Below, piece by piece: positions 50,985-60,256 of a DNA stretch of 64,000 bases. The notes under the pieces were generated by a model. The model saw only the letters and a program-made list of their open reading frames with translations. It was not told the origin of the DNA and did no database searches. Position numbers and translations under genes: made by a program. This DNA comes from Aulosira sp. ZfuVER01 (lineage in GTDB: Bacteria > Cyanobacteriota > Cyanobacteriia > Cyanobacteriales > Nostocaceae): contig JAVRCV020000079.1 of assembly GCA_034530615.2 (NCBI GenBank), positions 98,936 through 162,935 of the forward strand, written 5' to 3'. Within the stretch, counting starts at the first letter, position 1; each line of letters begins with the position of its first letter.

Positions 50985-51383
50985 TTAAATAAACAGACTA
51001 GGCGACACTTTAAAATACTCACTCAGTGCTTTCGCCTGTGCCTTACTAATCGAACGTCTACCATTCACCACCTCAGACACCACACCACTCGAACCGATAA
51101 TTCCTACTAAATCTGCTTGACGGGTTCCGCTAGCTTCCATAATATGTTGCAGAATTTCATAAGGCGCAGATTTATCCATAGGATAATTCTCTGTCTCATA
51201 GGATTCAATTAATATTACTAACAACTTGTATAAAGCTTGCTCTTCCTTTGTGCGATTTTGCTTGAAGGTTAGCTCTTCTACTTTATTCAAGTTATGCTCA
51301 TACTCTTCCTCTGTCTCAATCACCTTAGGAGCAAATTCAGTTAACAAATTGCGATAGGCATTTTGGTCAAAAATGAGGGCCAT
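50985..51383 (-). CDS. higA: HigA-type antitoxin (XRE HTH)
   Basis: PKVIETEEEY, LIESYE, QADLVGIIGSSGVVSEVVNGRRSIS. Confidence 0.9.
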   Translation of the reverse strand: MALIFDQNAYRNLLTEFAPKVIETEEEYEHNLNKVEELTFKQNRTKEEQALYKLLVILIESYETENYPMDKSAPYEILQHIMEASGTRQADLVGIIGSSGVVSEVVNGRRSISKAQAKALSEYFKVSPSLFI

Positions 51384-51667
51384 TTTTCCAGTTATCTTTG
51401 TTGTATTGAGCGTGTGTTAAAAAATATTTATAGTAAACGACCTGGTTTTCATAGTCGATACCGACAATTAAGCGATAATCATTACCTTTAATATTAAAAA
51501 CAGTAAAATTCCCAACTGCTTCAGCATCGCGGTAAATTCTCCGAACATCTTCTAAACTCTGCCAGTCTGCTTTTTTTTACGGTTGCATACCAGTTTTCTA
51601 TTTGCTGTTTGACGTTGGGAAATCGAGCAATATCAGTACGAAGTTTGCGAATTGCAATAAGATGCAT
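51367..51667 (-). pseudogene. higB: HigB toxin with a +1 frameshift in an A8 tract
   Basis: MHLIAIRKL...ENWYATVKK, then shifted frame ADWQSLEDVR...FNIKGNDYRLI...THAQYNKDNW; 301 nt; T8 at 51571-51578. Confidence 0.85.
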
Positions 51668-51718
51668 TGATTTGTGTAGCAATCATAGTTATTAACCTAT
51701 TACATTATTATTTTTATG

Positions 51719-51733
51719 CTCTCATTTTGAGAG
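51719..51733. promoter_or_regulatory. Palindrome upstream of higBA, candidate autoregulatory operator
   Basis: ctctca-ttt-tgagag. Confidence 0.45.
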
Positions 51734-51884
51734 ATAAAAGTCAACGTGATTGTGTAGTGTATTTGTAAGGTGTAGCTTAACAACAGACTTTGTGCGATCG
51801 CTCATCTGATAGGGTGTATTAATTAGTCCTGCTGAATGACCACAGAACTAACAGCAGCTTTCATACCTTAGTTTCAGGCGAGAG

Positions 51885-52436
51885 ATGTTTTTTATTGAGT
51901 TTGTTTTATCAAGCCTATTACCAGTCTTGCCATTCACGATTATTGGCTTAATTTTAACGCTGATATCTGCGCGATCGCTTTGGAGGTCGCATCGAGCGAA
52001 ACAATGGGCAGAAAGTATCGGTAAAATTATCGATGTAAAGGTTGAAGAACGCTCTGTAAAAGGTCGAAATCGCAATTTGTACCAAATTGTTGTGAGTTAT
52101 GAGTATGTCGTCAATGGCAAACAACATCAATCTCAACAGTTGTTTGCTGGTGATAGTGGGGTTGCTAATTCACAGGCGTTAACTGAGCAAAGACTGCGAA
52201 AATATCGACCTAAAGCCGATGTAAATGTTTACTATAATCCCCACAAGCCCAAAGAATCTTTAATTGAAAGAGAAATCGACAGCACCACTTACTCGTTACT
52301 GGCAATTGGTAGTGTATTGGTGTTGGTGGGACTGGTTTTTGGTTTGTTTATTGTGTTTAATGAATTGAAAGATTGCGGTATTACCCTAAACTCTACTCAT
52401 CCCCGTTCTGGCGCAAGACCTTGGTGTTACCGATGA
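51885..52436 (+). CDS. DUF3592-like membrane protein
   Basis: TM, W...GKI...YEYVVNG...VNVYYNP..P..S, TM. Confidence 0.8.
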   Translation: MFFIEFVLSSLLPVLPFTIIGLILTLISARSLWRSHRAKQWAESIGKIIDVKVEERSVKGRNRNLYQIVVSYEYVVNGKQHQSQQLFAGDSGVANSQALTEQRLRKYRPKADVNVYYNPHKPKESLIEREIDSTTYSLLAIGSVLVLVGLVFGLFIVFNELKDCGITLNSTHPRSGARPWCYR

Positions 52437-52644
52437 GGCGGAATAATTATGTATGGTTATGCAGCGTTAACCGATTGTGCGATATTTGATAGTTTTTGCG
52501 ATCGCAATTTGGGCTGGATAGCCATAACGCCTGTGCAATACCATCCAGCATCAACTATATATTTCTAAATTTTTAATAGCGCATCTTAAAAAAAATGGAG
52601 ACACCTGATAACTTTTAAGTTCTGGAGAGAATCAAATTGTGCAT

Positions 52645-53325
52645 TTACGCCGATTCAAATACACCTGGTGGAATTGGTACTAGTTTAGGAGTAGATAAAC
52701 AAGTTCCCTGCCTGTACCATACGCCTTCAACCTCGAAAGCTTCAAATTGAGTCGTCAAGGTTGCCCAAGCGCGCTCATTCAGACCTGCTGAATAAGTCCA
52801 GGTAAATTGACAATCGTTGTGTAATCGTTGCTCTAGTTCAGCCAAATCTTCCGGTAGCCAGAATTTGGTCATCACCCGTTGAGTTGCAATCTCTGGAGGA
52901 GTTTGCAACATCTCAATCATTGGCTTATTGACAATAATTTGTTTGCGGGTATCTTGTCTAACGATGCTAACAGGACGCTCATTATCGGCAGCAGCAACCA
53001 TGCGATACAACAACTCATCAGGAAGGTGCAGTTGACTACAAAACACCGAACCCCCAGTCTGCAAAATACGTTCGGCAGTTTCGGAGGCGGTTGGTGGTTG
53101 TTGGCTGGCCATCCATCCGAAAAACTCGATTGGTTGCTTACAGCCACGCCATTTTATCCGTACCTTACCGTTAATTTTTGCTGCTGTTTCGCTGAGTGCC
53201 TCTCCGTAACTTTGAGCTAACTTTGTAGCATCGCGTTTGGTCGGGGCCAAAATCGACAGTCCTTCATAGGACAATTTATAGTTCCAGCCCGGTAAGTTGA
53301 GGATTTTAAGAATACTCACACTCAT
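52645..53325 (-). CDS. Hypothetical protein with a possible PAS-like C-terminal domain
   Basis: PVSIVRQD...IVNKPMIEML...FWLPEDL pattern; overlaps the RHH gene by 20 nt. Confidence 0.6.
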   Translation of the reverse strand: MSVSILKILNLPGWNYKLSYEGLSILAPTKRDATKLAQSYGEALSETAAKINGKVRIKWRGCKQPIEFFGWMASQQPPTASETAERILQTGGSVFCSQLHLPDELLYRMVAAADNERPVSIVRQDTRKQIIVNKPMIEMLQTPPEIATQRVMTKFWLPEDLAELEQRLHNDCQFTWTYSAGLNERAWATLTTQFEAFEVEGVWYRQGTCLSTPKLVPIPPGVFESA

Positions 53326-53761
53326 CTGCTTTTACACCATCTGGGATTCTATATACTTTTACACCCTTAGTATGGTGATACACGGACGGTTCATACGTTC
53401 CTTGCCAAATCTTCATCCTTTCTTGTTCTGGGATGGCTAAAGCCGAGGTGATGATCGCAAAATCTCCTGGTGTTGGTAGCACTTCTCCTTCAGCTAGTGC
53501 TTGTAAGTTCTTAACTCCACAGTGCTTGAGCTTTGTCATGTTCAATCTGACTAGATCGGCAATTGTTTTCGGTTCTTGTGGAGGTGTGTTTTTCGCACTC
53601 GAACCTGTAGTTTTAACCATCCACTCCTGAACCATCTCTTCTATGGCATCGCTTTGAGATATACCTAAGCGAGCACAGATGCTTTTGAACTCTAGGGCTA
53701 ATTCTCTCGGGATATAACCACTGACTTGCTTGTAGTCATCAGAACGCCTTCTGTCAGACAT
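53306..53761 (-). CDS. Ribbon-helix-helix (CopG-like) regulator with a C-terminal HTH-like domain
   Basis: KQVSGYIPRELALEFKSIC...ISQSDAIEEMVQEW. Confidence 0.75.
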   Translation of the reverse strand: MSDRRRSDDYKQVSGYIPRELALEFKSICARLGISQSDAIEEMVQEWMVKTTGSSAKNTPPQEPKTIADLVRLNMTKLKHCGVKNLQALAEGEVLPTPGDFAIITSALAIPEQERMKIWQGTYEPSVYHHTKGVKVYRIPDGVKADECEYS

Positions 53762-54286
53762 ATGTACGTATGATGTTAGAATATCTTACATTATTCTCAT
53801 TCTCTCTGAATCTTCCGAAAAAACAAGACATTTTTTTGTGTCTTTTTTAAATGACAAGTAAAGAAACAAAAAAGTTTTACACCACGAAATTCAGAAGTTC
53901 AGTTACTTTCTTCGACTTTAATTAAGCTTTTGCTGTGATGCTGATTAAAAGAAGTTTTAACTGATATTTAAGCAATAGATAATACCATAAATTAACCAAT
54001 CCATAGCTAATTTATCTATTACTATGCCGTAATTACAAGATTATTTATTTTAATAGCCGTGATAAGCAAAAGCTATATTGATTACCTAGCGAATAGTGAA
54101 AACAGTAAATTTGCTGGGTTTAAGACATCCTCAACTACAGAGATGTTGCGCGATGCTGCAAAAAAGCAGCCGTTGTAGGCGATCGCAAAAACTGCAACAC
54201 TTATACACAGACCTAACGGGCAACTTAGGCTACGATATCCCCTAATTCCTTTTGGGCCGTTATGTGGGGAGTTGGGCAGGTTAAAT

Positions 54287-55411
54287 ATGAATACGATAGA
54301 AGATATCAAAACTCAAAGCACAAACAATCTGATTGCAATTGCTGAACAATTTACACTTCAGGGTAAGGTAAAAGGTATTCAAGCATTTGGTAGTGGTAAT
54401 ATTAATGACACTTTTCTGGTAACGCTGGATGCGGCACAAGAACAGCATTTTGTGCTGCAACGCATCAATACACAAGTATTTCGTCAGCCGCAACTGATCA
54501 TGCAGAATATGTGTATCTTCACAGATCATGTTCGCAAACGGCTACAACACAACCCCCTTAACCGCCGCTGGGAAATACCTCGTGTACTTTTTACCAAGGA
54601 CGCACAAGATCACTGGACAAATGCAGATGGTTCCTTTTGGCGAGCAATCAGTTTTATTGAAAATTCCCAGTCATTTGACACAATGAGCGATCGCTCACAA
54701 GCTGGCGAAGTCGGCTATGCTTTGGGGATGTTTCATAATCTGATCAGCGATTTACCACCAGAAAAACTCGCTGATACCTTAGAAGGATTCCACATAACGC
54801 CACGCTACCTGCAACACTACAACGAAGTTCGGGCGACAACTCGCGTACAGACAACCCCAGAAGTAAATTATTGCTTACAGTTTGTGAGTGATCGCCAAAT
54901 CTTTGCACATATCTTAGAAGATGCTAAAGCTACAGGTAAGTTACCACTGCGTTTGATGCACGGCGATCCAAAAATTAATAATGTAATGTTCGATACTGTA
55001 ACTCAGCAGGCTGTCAGTGTTATCGACCTGGATACCGTTAAGCCTGGGTTAGTACATTACGATATTGGCGACTGTTTGCGCTCTGGTTGCAATCCATGTG
55101 GGGAAGAAACTGATGATTGGGAAAGCGTGGCTTTTGATACTGAACTTTGCCAAGGCATACTGCAAGGTTATCTCTCTGTAGCCAAAGCGTTTCTCACCGA
55201 AAATGACTATGCATATATGTATGATGCGATCCGTTTAATTGCCTTTGAGTTGGGACTGAGATTTTTTGCAGATTATTTAGCTGGGAATGTTTACTTCAAA
55301 GTTAAGCATCCAGAACATAATCTTTCTAGAGCATTGGTGCAATTTGCCCTGACAAAAAGCATTGAATCGCAAGAAGCTACAATTCGCGCCATTATTCAAG
55401 ATGTGAAATAG
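54287..55411 (+). CDS. APH-family phosphotransferase (N-acetylhexosamine 1-kinase-like)
   Basis: GSGNINDT, LQRIN, HGDPKINN, IDLDT, RFFADYL.G..YFK. Confidence 0.85.
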   Translation: MNTIEDIKTQSTNNLIAIAEQFTLQGKVKGIQAFGSGNINDTFLVTLDAAQEQHFVLQRINTQVFRQPQLIMQNMCIFTDHVRKRLQHNPLNRRWEIPRVLFTKDAQDHWTNADGSFWRAISFIENSQSFDTMSDRSQAGEVGYALGMFHNLISDLPPEKLADTLEGFHITPRYLQHYNEVRATTRVQTTPEVNYCLQFVSDRQIFAHILEDAKATGKLPLRLMHGDPKINNVMFDTVTQQAVSVIDLDTVKPGLVHYDIGDCLRSGCNPCGEETDDWESVAFDTELCQGILQGYLSVAKAFLTENDYAYMYDAIRLIAFELGLRFFADYLAGNVYFKVKHPEHNLSRALVQFALTKSIESQEATIRAIIQDVK

Positions 55412-55523
55412 ACCTCTTGCATGAAGTCGATTTATTTGATATCGAACCACAGATGAATATAGATATTTATCTGTGTTTATCTGTGGTTTTTTTATTCTGA
55501 TTCATATTTTTGCAACAAGTCTA

Positions 55524-56063
55524 ATGAACAATCAGTCATTTTCCCTACAACCGTTCCCTTCTACTGGACAACTACCCGATTTACAAATCATAGGCAAAAT
55601 CGCCCGACATAATAATCAACTGAGTATTGACTATACTTTCCTTGGTGATATTCCAGAAATTGTAATCGCTCCACCATCAGCAACACCATCACGAAAGCAC
55701 GAACTGTGGCAAGATACCTGCTTTGAATTCTTCCTGGGTATTAAGAATTCTCCAAAGTATTGGGAATTTAACCTTTCCCCCGCCGGACATTGGAATGTTT
55801 ACCGCTTTGATGGTTATCGTCAAGGAATGCAAGAAGAAGCAGCTTTGATAACACTCCCATTTATTGTTAAACAGCAAGCGGATAAGTTAGAACTGACTCT
55901 AAATTTAGATGTGGATAAAATTATTTTGCAAGAACAAGCCCTAGAAGTTGCGATTACCACTATTATCAAACGCAGAGATGGTGAAGTAACTTATTGGGCA
56001 TTGACTCATCGAGGTGCTGAGGCTGACTTTCACCGACGGGATAGTTTCATTTTAGAATTATGA
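55524..56063 (+). CDS. DOMON-like (carbohydrate-binding type) protein
   Basis: ELWQDTCFEFF, YWEFNLSPAGHW...FDGYR, YWAL.H...DFH. Confidence 0.8.
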   Translation: MNNQSFSLQPFPSTGQLPDLQIIGKIARHNNQLSIDYTFLGDIPEIVIAPPSATPSRKHELWQDTCFEFFLGIKNSPKYWEFNLSPAGHWNVYRFDGYRQGMQEEAALITLPFIVKQQADKLELTLNLDVDKIILQEQALEVAITTIIKRRDGEVTYWALTHRGAEADFHRRDSFILEL

Positions 56064-56117
56064 GCTGAACTTGAAAAATTTAAAACCCGATCGCACTCAA
56101 TTACCTCGCTTCAGGCT

Positions 56118-56429
56118 ATGGATTTTCTCGCTCATATTAAACTTGGCCTTTTGGCTGCTGCTGAGATTGTTACCTGCTGAAGCTACCTATACCCTGCGTG
56201 GTTTCTGGAGTATATCGGCTCTTCCTTGCTTGGGGCTACTGACATAATCTGTAAGCAAGAGGTTTATCTCAATCGCTTCCTTGTCATGCAGCGGGTGGGT
56301 AGCTTTCGTATTGATACAGCTAAGTGTCGCCGCAGTGCTAGTGCGGCAATTAGTTGGAAAGTAGATGAAACTGCAATTGAATGGCAATACAGCGATCGCC
56401 AGGGAACCATCTCATTGCCTGACCAATAA
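56118..56429 (+). pseudogene. Possible small gene interrupted by an in-frame TGA at 56178
   Basis: ATG 56118 is in frame with ORF 56226-56429; the single internal stop falls in a hydrophobic N-terminal segment. Confidence 0.35.
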
Positions 56430-56788
56430 CATCACATTCCATATATTTTCAGTAACTTTTGTTACTTTTGCCTCAAAACCAGTTGATAACGACAGGCTGC
56501 TGCGGTTTCCTGCATCTTGACAAAGTTTTGGTTTTATTCTGTTGGGCGACAACATTCCTTAATCTAGGATTCTACTGATAATTAAAAATTAATCGCGAAC
56601 AATTATTACAATACAAACTTATTACCGAACCAAGACAGAAGAGAAAATCACCCACTTTAACTTTTACCGATGTGTCTCCCGCCACTGAGTAAAAAAAGTA
56701 TCACTAAACCCTCATGAAAACTATGATAGAAAATCGGCAGAGGCATGGTAAGTTTTAAATCCATCGTCCTCGATTAGAGCTTTGCCTT

Positions 56789-59700
56789 ATGCATCTGCAC
56801 TATTTACACCCCCAACACCTTGAGGAATTAGTCAAGAGCAGTGGCATAAATTTACACATTGCGAAGCTCAATTTTATGTCGCTTCAAGGGATCAACGCCT
56901 ATGAGTACCTGTTGATTTCTGAGTTACTTCCGCGCACCAATACCGGCATGGTGAAAAATGCCTGGTTGCAGCGTTACGCTCATATTACAGAAGGCGGTTG
57001 GTGGTGTTCGGGACTAGATCCATTGAATAATTGGCAAACAATGGAATGGGGATGCTTTAAGCCAAACCAACCCCGGATGAATCAAAATGGTAAGGCTATC
57101 AAGTATGAACATCCTCCCAGCACACCAACGCGAGTATTTTGTCTGCGGGTTCCCCTATCTGTTTGGCAGCAAGTCGCCCAGCGTTACAATCTCTCCATGC
57201 CCAACAGTATCAGTATGGGTTCCAATGGCGAAGCGATAGGCTTTTGGCAATGGGTAACGGAACAGAACATACCGCTGATTGTTTGCGAAGGTGCAAAGAA
57301 AGCGGCGACACTGTTAACACAAGGATATCCTGCGATCGCGATTCCCGGAATTACTAGCGGTTATCGAGTAGTTAAAGATGACTTTGGTAAAGTTACTCGT
57401 CGCCAGCTAATTCCTGACTTAGGCATTTTTGCGATTAAAAAACGTACCTTTTATATTTGTTTTGATTTTGAAACTAAACCCAAAACCATCGCCGCAGTTA
57501 ATAACGCTATTTCCCAACTAGGTTTTTTATTTCAAGAAAAAGACTGTCCGGTAAAAGTTATCGAACTTCCGGGAATCGAAAAAGGCGTTGATGAATTTAT
57601 CGTTGCTAAAGGTGCAGGTAGTTTCGAGAAAGTTTATCGCCAAAGTGTTGATTTAGAAGTTTACCTAGCGCAAACAAAACCCCATACTGAATTAACTATT
57701 CCAGCTGCACTCACTGTTAATTCTCCTTATTTAGGTGAAATTCCTTTCCCCACCTCTGGATTAGTGGGAGTGAAATCAGCAAAAGGTACTGGTAAAACTA
57801 CCGGTTTAAAAGCTGTTGTCAATCAAGCTAAAAGTAGAAATCAAGCAGTTTTATTAATTACCCATAGAATTCAGTTAGGAAGATTTCTATGTGAAAAAAT
57901 TGGCATCAACTGGGGAATCAGCAATGGAACGCAAGGAAAAAACCCTAACCAATGCCCCATGCCCAATGCCCCATGCCCCATGCCCAATTCCTTCGGCTTA
58001 TGTGTCGATTCTATTTGGAAGCTAAACCCAGAAGATTGGCAAGGGGCAATAGTAATTTTAGATGAAGTAGAGCAGTCTTTATGGCATCTACTTAATAGTA
58101 ATACTTGCAAACAAAAGCGCGTTAAAATCTTAAAAATATTCCAACAGCTAATTACTACAGTTTTGACAACTGGCGGATTAGTTATTGCCCAAGATGCTGA
58201 TTTATCTGATGTATCTTTAGATTATTTACAGGGATTAGCCGGAATTAAAGTAACGCCTTGGATAGTTTTAAATCAATGGCAACCAGACCGAGGTTGGGAT
58301 GTAACTTTCTTTGATTCCCCCAACCCAACGCCGCTAATTCATCAATTAGAACTAGATTTAATTGCTGGACGTAAATGTTACGTTACCACCGATAGTCGGA
58401 CTGGGCGTTACAGTTGTGAAACGATTGAACGTTACCTGAAAGAACGTTTAGAAAAATTGCGGCGACAATTTCCGAAAACTCTGGTTGTCAGCAGTCAAAC
58501 GACAAATACACCAGGACACGCAGCAGTTGATTTTGTTGCAGCCATTAATCGAAAAATTCCTGAATACGACACTGTATTTGTCACTCCTAGTATTGGTACA
58601 GGAATTAGTATTGATGTGCAACATTTCGATAGAGTTTATGGTATTTTTCAAGGTGTAATTCCCGATTCTGAAGCGCGACAAGCATTAGCTAGAGTAAGAG
58701 ATGATGTGCCGCGTGTTGTTTGGTGTGCCAAGCGAGGTATTGGTTTAATTGGTAGTGGTAGCACCAATTACCGCTTGCTTTCCTATTGGTATCAGGAGAA
58801 CCAAAAAGACAATTTAGCTTTACTGAGTCCCCTACATAAAATCGATGTAGATTTACCATTAGTTTATGACCCTATACATTTAAGAACCTGGGCGAAGTTA
58901 TCTGCTAGGGTAAATGCTTCGATTCGCCTTTATCGCCAATCTCTACAAGAAGGCTTAATTGCCGATGGGCATCAAATATGGACAAGAAGCAATGCAGTAC
59001 ACAATAATATTATTCGAGATTTACGCCTAGCATTCTTGGCAACAGATCCCCAAGATTTGGCTAACCGTAGAAGATTAATCTTAGAGATTGTTAAAGTTCA
59101 AAAAGAATGGTCAGAAAAACGGCTAAAGGCTAAAGAGATTAAACGGAAAATTAAAGAAATTAAACAACAGAATCAATTAGGATCGGCTGCTGCTATAGCT
59201 AATGCTAGAGATATTGATTATGTCGAGTATGAACAGCTATTAGCCAAACATTCCCTGACTGAGGATGAACGCAACGCCACTCAGAAATACATTCTCAGAC
59301 AAAGATACGGCATAACAGTTACACCCATGCTGAAATTGCAAGATGATAAAGGCTATTATGGGCAACTATTAACTCACTATTATTTAACTCATGAAAGCGA
59401 GTATTTTCACATTCGCGATCGCCAGGAGTGGAATCAGCAATTATATTGGGGTGATGGTCAAGTTTTTCTCCCCGATTTAAAAACTTACACGCTGAAAGTT
59501 GAGGCGATGAGAGCCTTAGGAATGGTAGACTTTCTGGAAGTAGCACGAGAATTTATCGAGAGCGAGCCAGATTTAATCTTACTGAAAAATTTAGCTGTTC
59601 AAAATAGTAAACATATCAAAAGAGTGCTGGGTATTAACGTAGGAAGCGAAACCGAAAATATTTCGGCCATTAAAATCCTCAGCCGACTGTTAAGTTTATT

Positions 59701-59890
59701 GGGATTAAAGCTGAAGCGCTTAGACGAAGCCTATCAAATCGATCCAGAAACCCTTGATGATGGTAGGCAAAAAATCTTTGCAGTTTGGCATCAACGGGAT
59801 GAGCTAATGTTGACGCATCTGAGAAGTATCGGAGATACAGTGGTTGATACTCCTTCTGATTGGCAGTTATTGGTGCATTCGAGTAGGTAA
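56789..59890 (+). CDS. CyRepA1-type plasmid replication protein (DUF3854/TOPRIM-like primase plus helicase-like domain)
   Basis: KYEHP, EGAKKA, FDFE, KGVDE; SAKGTGKT, DEVEQ, SIGTGISID, QALARVR. Confidence 0.85.
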   Translation: MHLHYLHPQHLEELVKSSGINLHIAKLNFMSLQGINAYEYLLISELLPRTNTGMVKNAWLQRYAHITEGGWWCSGLDPLNNWQTMEWGCFKPNQPRMNQNGKAIKYEHPPSTPTRVFCLRVPLSVWQQVAQRYNLSMPNSISMGSNGEAIGFWQWVTEQNIPLIVCEGAKKAATLLTQGYPAIAIPGITSGYRVVKDDFGKVTRRQLIPDLGIFAIKKRTFYICFDFETKPKTIAAVNNAISQLGFLFQEKDCPVKVIELPGIEKGVDEFIVAKGAGSFEKVYRQSVDLEVYLAQTKPHTELTIPAALTVNSPYLGEIPFPTSGLVGVKSAKGTGKTTGLKAVVNQAKSRNQAVLLITHRIQLGRFLCEKIGINWGISNGTQGKNPNQCPMPNAPCPMPNSFGLCVDSIWKLNPEDWQGAIVILDEVEQSLWHLLNSNTCKQKRVKILKIFQQLITTVLTTGGLVIAQDADLSDVSLDYLQGLAGIKVTPWIVLNQWQPDRGWDVTFFDSPNPTPLIHQLELDLIAGRKCYVTTDSRTGRYSCETIERYLKERLEKLRRQFPKTLVVSSQTTNTPGHAAVDFVAAINRKIPEYDTVFVTPSIGTGISIDVQHFDRVYGIFQGVIPDSEARQALARVRDDVPRVVWCAKRGIGLIGSGSTNYRLLSYWYQENQKDNLALLSPLHKIDVDLPLVYDPIHLRTWAKLSARVNASIRLYRQSLQEGLIADGHQIWTRSNAVHNNIIRDLRLAFLATDPQDLANRRRLILEIVKVQKEWSEKRLKAKEIKRKIKEIKQQNQLGSAAAIANARDIDYVEYEQLLAKHSLTEDERNATQKYILRQRYGITVTPMLKLQDDKGYYGQLLTHYYLTHESEYFHIRDRQEWNQQLYWGDGQVFLPDLKTYTLKVEAMRALGMVDFLEVAREFIESEPDLILLKNLAVQNSKHIKRVLGINVGSETENISAIKILSRLLSLLGLKLKRLDEAYQIDPETLDDGRQKIFAVWHQRDELMLTHLRSIGDTVVDTPSDWQLLVHSSR
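57949..57990. repeat. Six STRR-like heptamers (ccaatgc/cccatgc) in frame inside the rep gene
   Basis: 42 nt encoding QCPMPNAPCPMPNS. Confidence 0.9.
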
Positions 59891-60003
59891 AAACTCTCAT
59901 AAAGGCAAATCAAAAAAACTTGTATCGCTAAATTCGACATCATACGGAGACTTACAAGCCAACAACTCGGTAAATCACAGCCGAAAAACAAGGGAACCGA
60001 GTG

Positions 60004-60155
60004 ATATCATGTCCGGTTTAACACTTGTCATTGCGACCGTTCGCTGAAAGCGTTCCCGAAGGGTAGGAAAGCAATCACAAGGTCTCTGCGATTGCTTCGT
60101 TCCACTACGTTCCTCTCGCAATGACATATCACAAGTAATTTGGCGGACATGATAT
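60004..60155. mobile_element. MITE/REP-like element with nested inverted repeats
   Basis: Outer atatcatgtccg...cggacatgatat; inner tgtcattgcga...tcgcaatgaca; innermost aagcaatc...gattgctt. Confidence 0.7.
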
Positions 60156-60256
60156 GACAACAGGTACTATAGAAGTTTTTCTTCGCCTAACTATTCAGAA
60201 ACTCCACAAAAACTGATAGCGTCAGACAAAGGAAAGATTATTGTGGATGTGACAGC

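Noticed and set aside
56178..56180. Selenocysteine codon
   Set aside because: No evident SECIS hairpin, no selenoprotein family resemblance, and no sel genes in the window
50300..59890. Intact prophage or ICE
   Set aside because: No integrase, att/tRNA site, structural genes or conjugation genes seen
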